Sequence record: SRR31156797_4962
Reading direction: 5' to 3' (one strand)
DNA length: 33,796 nucleotides
The position numbers and the translations under genes were made by a program. Under the pieces are notes generated by a model. The model searched no databases. It was given only the letters and a program-made list of their open reading frames with translations, and was not told where the DNA came from. Within the stretch, counting starts at the first letter, position 1, and each line of letters begins with the position of its first letter. Below, piece by piece: positions 9,055 to 17,395 of the stretch.

Positions 9055-9795
9055 TTACCTCAATACTTCTGATAATTGATGAACACGATTCGGTGACATT
9101 GGCAATTTGTAAATTTCATTGTCGCAGCACAACAAACACTGCTTCTCTTTACGATTTACCGATTTTAAATAATCCAGATTAATCGTTGCCGATCGACCAA
9201 CCCTAAAGAATAATTCCGTTGGCAATTGCTGAATCACACTGCTCAAAGTATTCGAAGTGGTTAAACAAGATCCACTCACCAATTTGATATCAGTATAATT
9301 TCGATCCGCCTTACAATATAAAATTTCTTCTGGCTTAATTACCTCAAATCCTACCCGGGTATTTATTCTTACCCTTTTGTTAATCCTCAACTTCAAAAAT
9401 AATTCCGACATTTTTTGCTTCTCCAACTCCTCATCTTCCAAACACTGAACTCTGTTCAAACAAAATTGCAGATCTTCCTTGTTTACAGGTTTCATTAAAT
9501 AATCTACAGCTGACGATCGGATGGCTTTAATCGTATAATCTTTATTCTTAGTTACAAAGGCAAACTTCGGATGTTCCCCTAATTCCATCAATTGATGTAT
9601 CAATTCAAAGCCATTATCATTCTTTAATTTCACCTCTAAAAAAATTACTTGAGGCTTGTGTAAGACATAAAGCAACAGTGCCTCCTCTATAGTATAAGCC
9701 TGATATATACCACACTTAGATTCCACCTCTCTTAATTTTAACTTAAGGTCATTACTGGCTTTTTTGTCGGTGTCGACGATTAAATAGTTTGACAT
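9055..9795 (-). CDS. LytTR-family response regulator with atypical receiver
   Basis: Receiver fold (LIVD...IFLEV...GFEL...FVT...DYLMKPV) plus LytTR domain (EILYCKADRNYT...FFRVGRSATINL). Confidence 0.9.
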   Translation of the reverse strand: MSNYLIVDTDKKASNDLKLKLREVESKCGIYQAYTIEEALLLYVLHKPQVIFLEVKLKNDNGFELIHQLMELGEHPKFAFVTKNKDYTIKAIRSSAVDYLMKPVNKEDLQFCLNRVQCLEDEELEKQKMSELFLKLRINKRVRINTRVGFEVIKPEEILYCKADRNYTDIKLVSGSCLTTSNTLSSVIQQLPTELFFRVGRSATINLDYLKSVNRKEKQCLLCCDNEIYKLPMSPNRVHQLSEVLR

Positions 9796-10043
9796 AGCAG
9801 ATAGTTTTAAAGGTTTATACCTGCGAAATTCACCATTCCTGATGATCTTTAAAATAACCCGAAGTAGTACAAATTATGGCTGACAAATTATCAAAAGCCA
9901 ATTTTGAGTTCTCCAAACAAGCAATTCATTGATTAAAACCCAGAATCATGCTATTCATAAAATAAATTAACTAGTGAATGAATATTCCACTATTAATTTC
10001 TATTTTAGATTACCCCACTAGCTTAATACCATTATTTTCTAAA

Positions 10044-10706
10044 ATGAATATATTAGTCGTAGAAGATCACACTTTATTGAGAACAGCCAGTGAGAAACTT
10101 TTAAAAGAAATGTTTCCCGAAGCTCGTGTGGAAGGATTCAGCTCTCCTTCGAAAGCAATGCCTTTTATTCAAAACCGAAATGTGGAATTTATGATTGTTG
10201 ATTTGGAATACAACAATCAGGAAGATGGGATCTCCTTTGTTAAAGAAGTGAAACAGAAAAAAAGCAATATTAAATGTATTGCCTACACCAGTCATAAAAT
10301 TAACCAGGTACTTAAAGACATTCGCGAAGCTGGTTTTAACTCCTACTTAAACAAGGATGCCAGCGAAAAGGAAATGATTGAGACTGTTGATGCGGTGCTA
10401 GATCAGCCTTCTGATGTTTTTTATGAATCCAGCTCTTACCTGAAGTTCAAAAAAGCAATTGAGGAACAGAAAAGCAAATACTACAGTACCGACTACGAGA
10501 AACTAAAATCGCTAACCAAAACCGAGAAAAAAGCCCTACAATTAATCTCTCAGGAAAATACGAGCAGCAACGATTTACTGGCAAACAAACTGGGCATTCA
10601 GCTCAACACCATGAAAAAGCACCTTAGTAATATTTACCGGAAATTGAACGTAAAAAGTAAGGATGGCTTAAAGCATTTCCATGAACGGATAAATGGGAAG
10701 AATTAA
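10044..10706 (+). CDS. NarL/LuxR-family response regulator
   Basis: Probable start ATG 10044 (MNILVVEDH); phospho-Asp in MIVDL; YTS; YLNK; HTH LTKTEKKAL...TMKKHLSNIYRKLNV. Confidence 0.9.
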   Translation: MNILVVEDHTLLRTASEKLLKEMFPEARVEGFSSPSKAMPFIQNRNVEFMIVDLEYNNQEDGISFVKEVKQKKSNIKCIAYTSHKINQVLKDIREAGFNSYLNKDASEKEMIETVDAVLDQPSDVFYESSSYLKFKKAIEEQKSKYYSTDYEKLKSLTKTEKKALQLISQENTSSNDLLANKLGIQLNTMKKHLSNIYRKLNVKSKDGLKHFHERINGKN

Positions 10707-10773
10707 CAAATAGAGAGCTGTCAGCTCACAGCAAAAATTTAAATTCCTCAATGTTGTTTGCTAAAAGTTAAAA

Positions 10774-12603
10774 TCAAACCACCAATTTCAAATAAAACCC
10801 ATTGCCTTCAGAGCTATCAATCTTTAGCTTGCCCGATAGAAATTCCGCTCGCTTGTGAATGTTGTGCCAGCCATTTCCTTTGCGGATTTTTTCCAAATCT
10901 ACACCAATTCCATCGTCGGCATATTCCAATTGCAATTTGCTGTTTTCCTTTTTAAACTTAATGATAATGGTAGATGCCTGAGCATGTTTTAAGCTATTGT
11001 TAATCAATTCCTGAACAATGCGAATGATATAAATTTTCTTCTTGTAATCGTCAATTTCAAAATCTTCCGACAAATGAATTTTTAAATCAATATCCTTAGG
11101 AAAATGATCCAATGGCAATGAATCGGACAAAGCCTCCCGAAACTTTTGATTACCAATAGCAGTCATATTTAACTGATGAGAAATTCCTCGCACCTCATCG
11201 CTAATTTTTCTTAGCTGAACTGCAAATTCTTGCTCTGTGTCTTCTTTTTCCATACTTCGGCACAAATGGCTCAAACTACTTGCTACTCCATCGTGTAAAT
11301 CGCGACTGATGCGATTGCACTCCCTATTTTCCCCAGCAATTCTTTCTTGCAACAACCTGGTTTTCTGGCGTTGATTTACATAAAAACCCAAAGGCAACAG
11401 GGAAAATAAAAACACGCCTAGCACAATCTTCATATACAAACTTTCCTTTTCTTTGGCTTCCTTTTCAATGTTTAACACCTCTATTTGCTGCTCCTTTTCA
11501 CGAGTTTGGTAACGGGTTTCCATCTCCTGCATGTGCTGCATGTTTTCGGTATTGAAAATGCTATCCTTTATGCTGATGTATTTGTCGTAATAAGCTAAGG
11601 CTTGTTTTCCTTGTTTTTGTGCTGCATAGAAATCCTTTAAACGTAGAAAAACTTCTTTTTGCAAATCTAATGCACCAATATGCTCTACCTGCTTTTTAGC
11701 TTTAAGCAGATAAATCTCCGCTTGCCAGAAATTATTTGTGTTAATGAATAACTCACCCAGTAAAAAACAACATGTAATTTCTAACTCTTTATCATTAGAA
11801 TCCTGACTATATTTTAGCGATTTCTTTAAACTACTTTCCGCATTTATAAAATCACCTAATTTCATTTGAACTTCACCTACATTTAGGTAAGCAGATGCCA
11901 AATATCTATTATCTCCTAACTCTAGTTTTAGCTGTAAAGCCTCATTAAAATTTGATAATGCCCGTTGATAATTCTCTTGTTCCTTATATACATTTCCAAT
12001 ATTATTTAATGCGATAACAATCCTTTTCTTAGAGTCTAATTCTCTAGCAACCTGCAATGATTTGTGATAATAAGAATGAGCTTCCTCATAATTCTTTTGT
12101 AGCTTTTTTATAATTCCAAACTCATTATAACACGAAGCAAGCTCTTTATTCCTTCGTAAGCTTTCCGCAATGTCTTTGGTTTTGTGTAAATAATTTAATG
12201 CTGATTCGTAATTACCCATTTTGCGATAAGCCTTACTTAGATTTAAAAACGTACTAAGCTTTGAGCTATCCTTATTCGAATTATATTTCAAAGATTTTTG
12301 GAAACATTCAATACCATTCTTATAATTCGCTCTTGAAATTTCAAGTCCTCCCAAATTATTCAAACTAACGACGATTAATTGAGTGTCTTTGGCTTGAACA
12401 GCTTTTCTTTCTGATTTTAATAGGTATACATATGCACTATCGTAAGAATTTTGTTTCCAGTGTTCAATCCCCAATGTAATTAGCTTGATTATTTCCTCTC
12501 GATCTGATTTCTTTTCAGCTACAAGTGTTTTAGTTGTAAACAGGATAAATACACAAAGAATCAACTTGCAGATTAAAAATTTAGGCAGTAAATATTTTTT
12601 CAT
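10774..12603 (-). CDS. TPR-repeat sensor histidine kinase (HisKA_3/NarX class)
   Basis: N-terminal signal/TM, multiple TPRs (LNNLG, YNEFG, LNNIGNVY, YLNVG), TM helix, H-box RISRDLHDG, N-box ELINNSLKHA, G-boxes DDGIG and GNG. Confidence 0.92.
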   Translation of the reverse strand: MKKYLLPKFLICKLILCVFILFTTKTLVAEKKSDREEIIKLITLGIEHWKQNSYDSAYVYLLKSERKAVQAKDTQLIVVSLNNLGGLEISRANYKNGIECFQKSLKYNSNKDSSKLSTFLNLSKAYRKMGNYESALNYLHKTKDIAESLRRNKELASCYNEFGIIKKLQKNYEEAHSYYHKSLQVARELDSKKRIVIALNNIGNVYKEQENYQRALSNFNEALQLKLELGDNRYLASAYLNVGEVQMKLGDFINAESSLKKSLKYSQDSNDKELEITCCFLLGELFINTNNFWQAEIYLLKAKKQVEHIGALDLQKEVFLRLKDFYAAQKQGKQALAYYDKYISIKDSIFNTENMQHMQEMETRYQTREKEQQIEVLNIEKEAKEKESLYMKIVLGVFLFSLLPLGFYVNQRQKTRLLQERIAGENRECNRISRDLHDGVASSLSHLCRSMEKEDTEQEFAVQLRKISDEVRGISHQLNMTAIGNQKFREALSDSLPLDHFPKDIDLKIHLSEDFEIDDYKKKIYIIRIVQELINNSLKHAQASTIIIKFKKENSKLQLEYADDGIGVDLEKIRKGNGWHNIHKRAEFLSGKLKIDSSEGNGFYLKLVV

Positions 12604-12623
12604 TAAGATTAGCTGAAGTTAAC

Positions 12624-12649
12624 AAAAGAGAGCCATAAATATGGCTCTC
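12624..12649 (-). terminator. Intrinsic terminator between the lipoprotein gene and the histidine kinase
   Basis: GAGAGCCAT/ATGGCTCTC stem (12628-12649) followed on the minus strand by TTTTGTT. Confidence 0.75.
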
Positions 12650-12680
12650 GTAATTTATTAAAATTAATTGAATATATCGT

Positions 12681-13055
12681 TTACTCCAAATTAATAGCTA
12701 ACTCTTCGCTTAAACCATCCTGATGATTTACGGTGATCAGATACTCCCCTGCTTTCTCCACCTCCAGGTAAAAAATACCATTCGTATTTGATGTGGTCTC
12801 ATCCATTGTTTCGAACTCTGGCATAGATTCCAATCTAATATTCGAACTGCTCTTTGTTTTTCCTTCAATGGTAATTGGCCAATCTGGATCTATAGCATCA
12901 TCATCACCATATTTTAAGCTTGTTTTTACAATCTTTATTGAAATGGAACTTTGAGCTTCTTCCTGTCCAAAATCCTTATCAGACTTATCACAGCCAATAA
13001 AAGTTAAAGAGAATAAAACGATTAATACGGTCGAAATAAATGTATATTTTTTCAT
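12681..13055 (-). CDS. Small lipoprotein, hypothetical
   Basis: Lipobox FIGC followed by acidic DKSDKD; C-terminal beta-rich TTSNTNGIFYLEVEKAGEYLITV (carboxypeptidase-regulatory/prealbumin-like). Confidence 0.75.
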   Translation of the reverse strand: MKKYTFISTVLIVLFSLTFIGCDKSDKDFGQEEAQSSISIKIVKTSLKYGDDDAIDPDWPITIEGKTKSSSNIRLESMPEFETMDETTSNTNGIFYLEVEKAGEYLITVNHQDGLSEELAINLE

Positions 13056-13194
13056 TTTGTTTGGATTTAAAAATTTGACATAGCTCGCCCCTTACGGTTT
13101 GGTGAGCGTTTAAATTGAAAACCAGAATTTGCTCTGGTAAAAAGTTTTTGAAAGGATGAATGAACAGTAAGCAAAACGACAAGTCGTCCTTTCA

Positions 13195-13214
13195 AAGCAA
13201 TTATCGAATTGCTT
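13195..13214. promoter_or_regulatory. Perfect 8-4-8 palindrome, candidate operator
   Basis: AAGCAATT-ATCG-AATTGCTT in the divergent intergenic region, just upstream of the -7 element at 13240. Confidence 0.5.
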
Positions 13215-13239
13215 ATGTTCACTCTTTGAGAATGTTTAT

Positions 13240-13247
13240 TATCTTTG
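13240..13247 (+). promoter_or_regulatory. Bacteroidota -7 promoter element for the STAND-GDPD operon
   Basis: TATCTTTG, exact TAnnTTTG consensus. Confidence 0.6.
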
Positions 13248-13460
13248 GTAGCTAACCAGGTTCGTACGGAACAAACATTCAGTTGAAATTTCTATGAACA
13301 AATCTATAGAGAAGCCAAATTTTAATTTTGGAAATGATTGGAAACCTCCATTTCCAAAAAATGACAATGGAAAAAATAAGATTAAAAGCTGGAGATATTC
13401 TCTGTAAATTCAGGCTTTTAATGAACAACAACTTTCGTCTGTCATTGTAAAAAAAAAGAT

Positions 13461-16400
13461 ATGCTGATAACAGAAATATCCCCAATCAGATACTTTGCCG
13501 AAGCGGAGGTGAAAGCCAATGGCTGCGAAATAAGAACGCTTATCCGTAAAGAATTTCAGCATCATGAAAACAAGGAGCTGTTAAGTACAGCCTCCAGAAT
13601 AAAAAATCATGTAAACAATGGGCTCCTAAAATACATACATGCCATCTGGAATAAATCTATGAAGGCTTGGCAAGAAAATATGGAAGAGCTTTTTGCCAAT
13701 GAAAAAACTCAAACCAATTTTTGTGCCAAGCGCTGTCTTGCCATAGTAAGCGACTACTCAAATCTGAATGATTACGTGCAAAACAATCAATTTTTGATCG
13801 CTCAAAGCAAGGAGCTACAATCAATAATTGAGGAAAATACAAGGGTTTGGAAAGAGAAGGGCAAGTATGAAGAACTACTGCGCCTGCAAGAAGAATTTAC
13901 CGATTTTGTAGAGCAAAAAATCCTGCTCGATGCCATAAATACTCTGAAGGGATGCAGAATGATCACCGATCCGTTTTTAGCTGAGATTAAAGATCTATCA
14001 GATAAGGAAATTCTAAAAAGTTTTGATTTGAATGCCGACGATTTTAAACAGTCTCAAAGCCTAATCACTGGAAATTGTACCACCGAATTCCGCGATTACA
14101 CCATCAATTTTGCAATTGGACTTTTAAGTCTGGATTTACAGGAAGAATATTCAGTTATCGAGGCACGTAAAAAGGAAGGCATTAGCCTTTTGCAAAGCAA
14201 GAAACAATGGGATGATTATCTGAAAGAAGCCAACAATCAAACCTATGGTTTCCTGGCTGAAATGTCGAAAGAAAAGTACGATGCCGAGGTATTCACCGAC
14301 CGAAATCAGATTAGCGATTCCTTTCATCAGTTTACAAAATCGACATCAACAGCCTTTATTCTTTTGGGAAGTGCTGGAAGCGGAAAAACCAATCAAATTT
14401 GCCATTGGGCATCCCAATTGTTAGAAAAGAACGAGTGTGTTATCTGTATCAACAGCAAAATTTTCTCGAACATTAGCCTTGAAGAGTATTTTCAGACTGC
14501 TTTCGGAGAACTCAAACTGGAAACGCTTTTGACCAATTTGCAGATTCTAGCCAATCAAAACAGAAAGAGAGTCTACCTTTTTTTCGATGCCATTAACGAA
14601 TGTGTAGACTATTTCGATAAATCTTCTCAGAAGAATCAGAAAGGTCCTATTGAGCTGTTAAAAATAATCGACAAGTATTTTATCAAACACAATTTGCCCA
14701 ATCTTAAAATTGTGATCAGTTGTCGTTCCTACACCTGGAAAGAGCTGATTGAACTGGAAGCATCGGCTATCAAACACGATTTGTACTATTCCAATCAAAG
14801 AAAAGAGGAGCACACCACCATTCAGCATTTGAGCGAATCGGAATTAAAGTGCACTTACAAAAAATATCAGAACAAATATCAGCTCAAAACCAGTAGCGAG
14901 GAGCTTTTTCATTCCGATTTTAATCTGATCAGGAATCGTTTAACCGATCCTTTAATTCTAAAAATGTCGTCCCTAGTATTTCAACATCAAGCTTTGCCAA
15001 ACGACATTCGCCTGTTCCATTCCAGCCAACTATTCGAGAATCTTTTAAAGGAAAAGGGAATTACTCAAACGGGTAAAAACAAACGGGAATATGTTCTGCT
15101 AAATAAAATAGCCAAATACCTTTGGAAATCGGGTCAGGATTCCATTTCGATGGAACAACTTATTCTGGCTTTCGACGATGATGATTACCCTTTACACAAG
15201 TTAAGCAAAAGCATTTTTGACAACGATGAATTTGAATTCAGTTTAGTATTCGATGCTTTGATTGAAAAGGGAATTTTAAAAATTGAGAAGAAGTATGGTC
15301 GCGATGAAATTCGATTTGTATACGAACGTTATCAGGAATATTTGTTCGCTCGTATTTTTAAGAATCAGGAAAATAGTAAGCTGGCTCATCGGGCACTTAC
15401 CATCCCGCCTGAAGCCTATAAAAGAGAACTGCTAACCGGCAAAAATTATGCTGTGGTGCGCAATGCCTTGCGTTCTGCCCTGCTTCAGGATTATCTGGAC
15501 AAGAACAACGATCCAAAAACCATTTTAAGCCTGGCTTGCGATAACAATTACGAAGTTCAGCAATTGGTAATAGATGCCCTTTCGGTGATATTGCAGGAAG
15601 ATTACAACCAGCTTTGGAGCTTGTTGGAACAAATGTTGTCTCATAACAGAGAGTCCTCAAGCGAAAAGGGGAAACAACTTGACAAATTGGAGAAGCTGTT
15701 GGAAGATTACAGCAAAAAAAAAACCAACAATCAGTCGGCAAGATATGAACAGCGCTTGCAGGAACGAAACCAGATTCTAAACGATTTATCGCCTGGCATA
15801 CAAGTTAAAAAGATTGCTATCTATGCCATCTACGAAATTTTTAAGTCGGATATCTATCAAAACCATTTATATCCTAAAGATAAAAACCCGGTTTCTTCTC
15901 TTTTGCATGCCATGGCTAACCCGATTTCAAGAGTTAGGGATATTGTTAGTTTGTATGTGTACTACATCACCAAATTGGATAAAAACCTGTGGTCCGAAAT
16001 TTTAGATCAGCTTGCAGGTAAAATGACCAAATCGAATGTAATTCTGAATTTTTGGAACGATTCATTAAAAAAGCATGTATTCGAGCCAGCTATTCGTATC
16101 AGTACGCTTTTGATTGTGGAAGATTTGTCGAGCAAAAAGAATGTAGATCTCAGCAAAGATTATGATTTTACCTTTTCCATTATCAATAGATGGATTAAGA
16201 TTTTAACCGAATTTAGCATTGTTTTTCCTGTTTTAAAGAAATTCACCCTGCGAAAGTTGGCTACCGTGCAGTCTGAGTATGTGAACAATGGAATCGAATA
16301 CCAACATTTCTGGGATAAAATTCCCATTCACAGCCAAAATGGAGAATGGTCTCACGAAGACTACAACCAAGTGCTGGATTATTTAACCAACGATAAGGAA

Positions 16401-17384
16401 GATTTTACAGATCTTCATCCTTTGGTAATGAAGGGCATGTATTCGGGCGACGCCTACAGCTTTTTAATGCTGGAAAGAGTATTAATTATGCAGGCGTTTC
16501 AAGACTGGAAACGCATAGAATTTGTTGTTCAGCAAATTAAAGCTGCAGATGTATCACATCCTTCTGTAAACTACATGCAGATGTCTGTTTTGTATGTGCT
16601 GTTCAGGTATATGATCAAAACTGAACATCCGGATCAGGAAGCCATGCGCTTGTTTTCTACTCTTATTTACAATTGGACTGCAAGATGCAAGGGTTCGTAT
16701 TATGCACACAACAATTACGAAGCCAATAACAACAAGCCATATAAGCAATACACCTTAAATTGGTATGGTGCTGCCTACTGTATGCATTATGGCGATGGAA
16801 ACAAGCGTGAAGGAGATCAGTATCCAATGCCAATTTTCTATCAGCTTATTGATGAAGCAATGCAGAAAATGGATAAGGATTTGTTGTACTGCTGCATAGA
16901 AAACATTGCTGTTTTGGTTACCGATTTTGGTTTCTACAAAAGTGCTTTGCAACTTTTCGAATATGTAGTAAATAAGATTCAGTACGAATCCACAATTATC
17001 GAATTGGATGCCATACAAGTGGAACGAGAAAATTACCAGGATGATCTTAGAACCTTCTTGTGTAAAACTCTGGGTACCATTAAAAGCTATCATCACAAGG
17101 AAGTCGATTTCTTTATCTACAACAACTTAAGAAATTCTACTTTTCCCGAAATCGACAAATTCCGAGAGGAATTGATCAAATACAATCAATCTTACGAAAA
17201 TATTGGAGACTTACTGACCCATAAATTTGGCAATTTTATAATTTGGTCTTTCCAAAACGACCCAAAAGTTAGTGCATCTTTAAAACAAATTATGCAATAC
17301 GGAACCGAAGCGAACAATTACAAAGGATGGTTTAAAAAACTATCTACTCATGTATTTGATCAACTTTTTGGTATCGAATTTTAA
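13461..17384 (+). CDS. Large STAND-class (NACHT/Avs-like) P-loop NTPase
   Basis: Walker A GSAGSGKT (14367-14390), Walker B YLFFDAINE (D at 14586), sensor-1 IVISCR, DPL motif, winged-helix FVYERYQEYL, long helical C-terminal region. Confidence 0.85.
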   Translation: MLITEISPIRYFAEAEVKANGCEIRTLIRKEFQHHENKELLSTASRIKNHVNNGLLKYIHAIWNKSMKAWQENMEELFANEKTQTNFCAKRCLAIVSDYSNLNDYVQNNQFLIAQSKELQSIIEENTRVWKEKGKYEELLRLQEEFTDFVEQKILLDAINTLKGCRMITDPFLAEIKDLSDKEILKSFDLNADDFKQSQSLITGNCTTEFRDYTINFAIGLLSLDLQEEYSVIEARKKEGISLLQSKKQWDDYLKEANNQTYGFLAEMSKEKYDAEVFTDRNQISDSFHQFTKSTSTAFILLGSAGSGKTNQICHWASQLLEKNECVICINSKIFSNISLEEYFQTAFGELKLETLLTNLQILANQNRKRVYLFFDAINECVDYFDKSSQKNQKGPIELLKIIDKYFIKHNLPNLKIVISCRSYTWKELIELEASAIKHDLYYSNQRKEEHTTIQHLSESELKCTYKKYQNKYQLKTSSEELFHSDFNLIRNRLTDPLILKMSSLVFQHQALPNDIRLFHSSQLFENLLKEKGITQTGKNKREYVLLNKIAKYLWKSGQDSISMEQLILAFDDDDYPLHKLSKSIFDNDEFEFSLVFDALIEKGILKIEKKYGRDEIRFVYERYQEYLFARIFKNQENSKLAHRALTIPPEAYKRELLTGKNYAVVRNALRSALLQDYLDKNNDPKTILSLACDNNYEVQQLVIDALSVILQEDYNQLWSLLEQMLSHNRESSSEKGKQLDKLEKLLEDYSKKKTNNQSARYEQRLQERNQILNDLSPGIQVKKIAIYAIYEIFKSDIYQNHLYPKDKNPVSSLLHAMANPISRVRDIVSLYVYYITKLDKNLWSEILDQLAGKMTKSNVILNFWNDSLKKHVFEPAIRISTLLIVEDLSSKKNVDLSKDYDFTFSIINRWIKILTEFSIVFPVLKKFTLRKLATVQSEYVNNGIEYQHFWDKIPIHSQNGEWSHEDYNQVLDYLTNDKEDFTDLHPLVMKGMYSGDAYSFLMLERVLIMQAFQDWKRIEFVVQQIKAADVSHPSVNYMQMSVLYVLFRYMIKTEHPDQEAMRLFSTLIYNWTARCKGSYYAHNNYEANNNKPYKQYTLNWYGAAYCMHYGDGNKREGDQYPMPIFYQLIDEAMQKMDKDLLYCCIENIAVLVTDFGFYKSALQLFEYVVNKIQYESTIIELDAIQVERENYQDDLRTFLCKTLGTIKSYHHKEVDFFIYNNLRNSTFPEIDKFREELIKYNQSYENIGDLLTHKFGNFIIWSFQNDPKVSASLKQIMQYGTEANNYKGWFKKLSTHVFDQLFGIEF

Positions 17385-17395
17385 AAAAGAATAAA

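Noticed and set aside
9978-10043. N-terminal extensions in the ORF track (9978, 6713, 27697, 29377 starts)
   Set aside because: Downstream ATGs match domain or signal-peptide starts and promoter positions better.
13279-13485. 68-aa minus-strand ORF (and 12988..13182)
   Set aside because: They overlap the STAND start or the lipoprotein gene and regulatory palindromes; low-complexity AT-derived composition.
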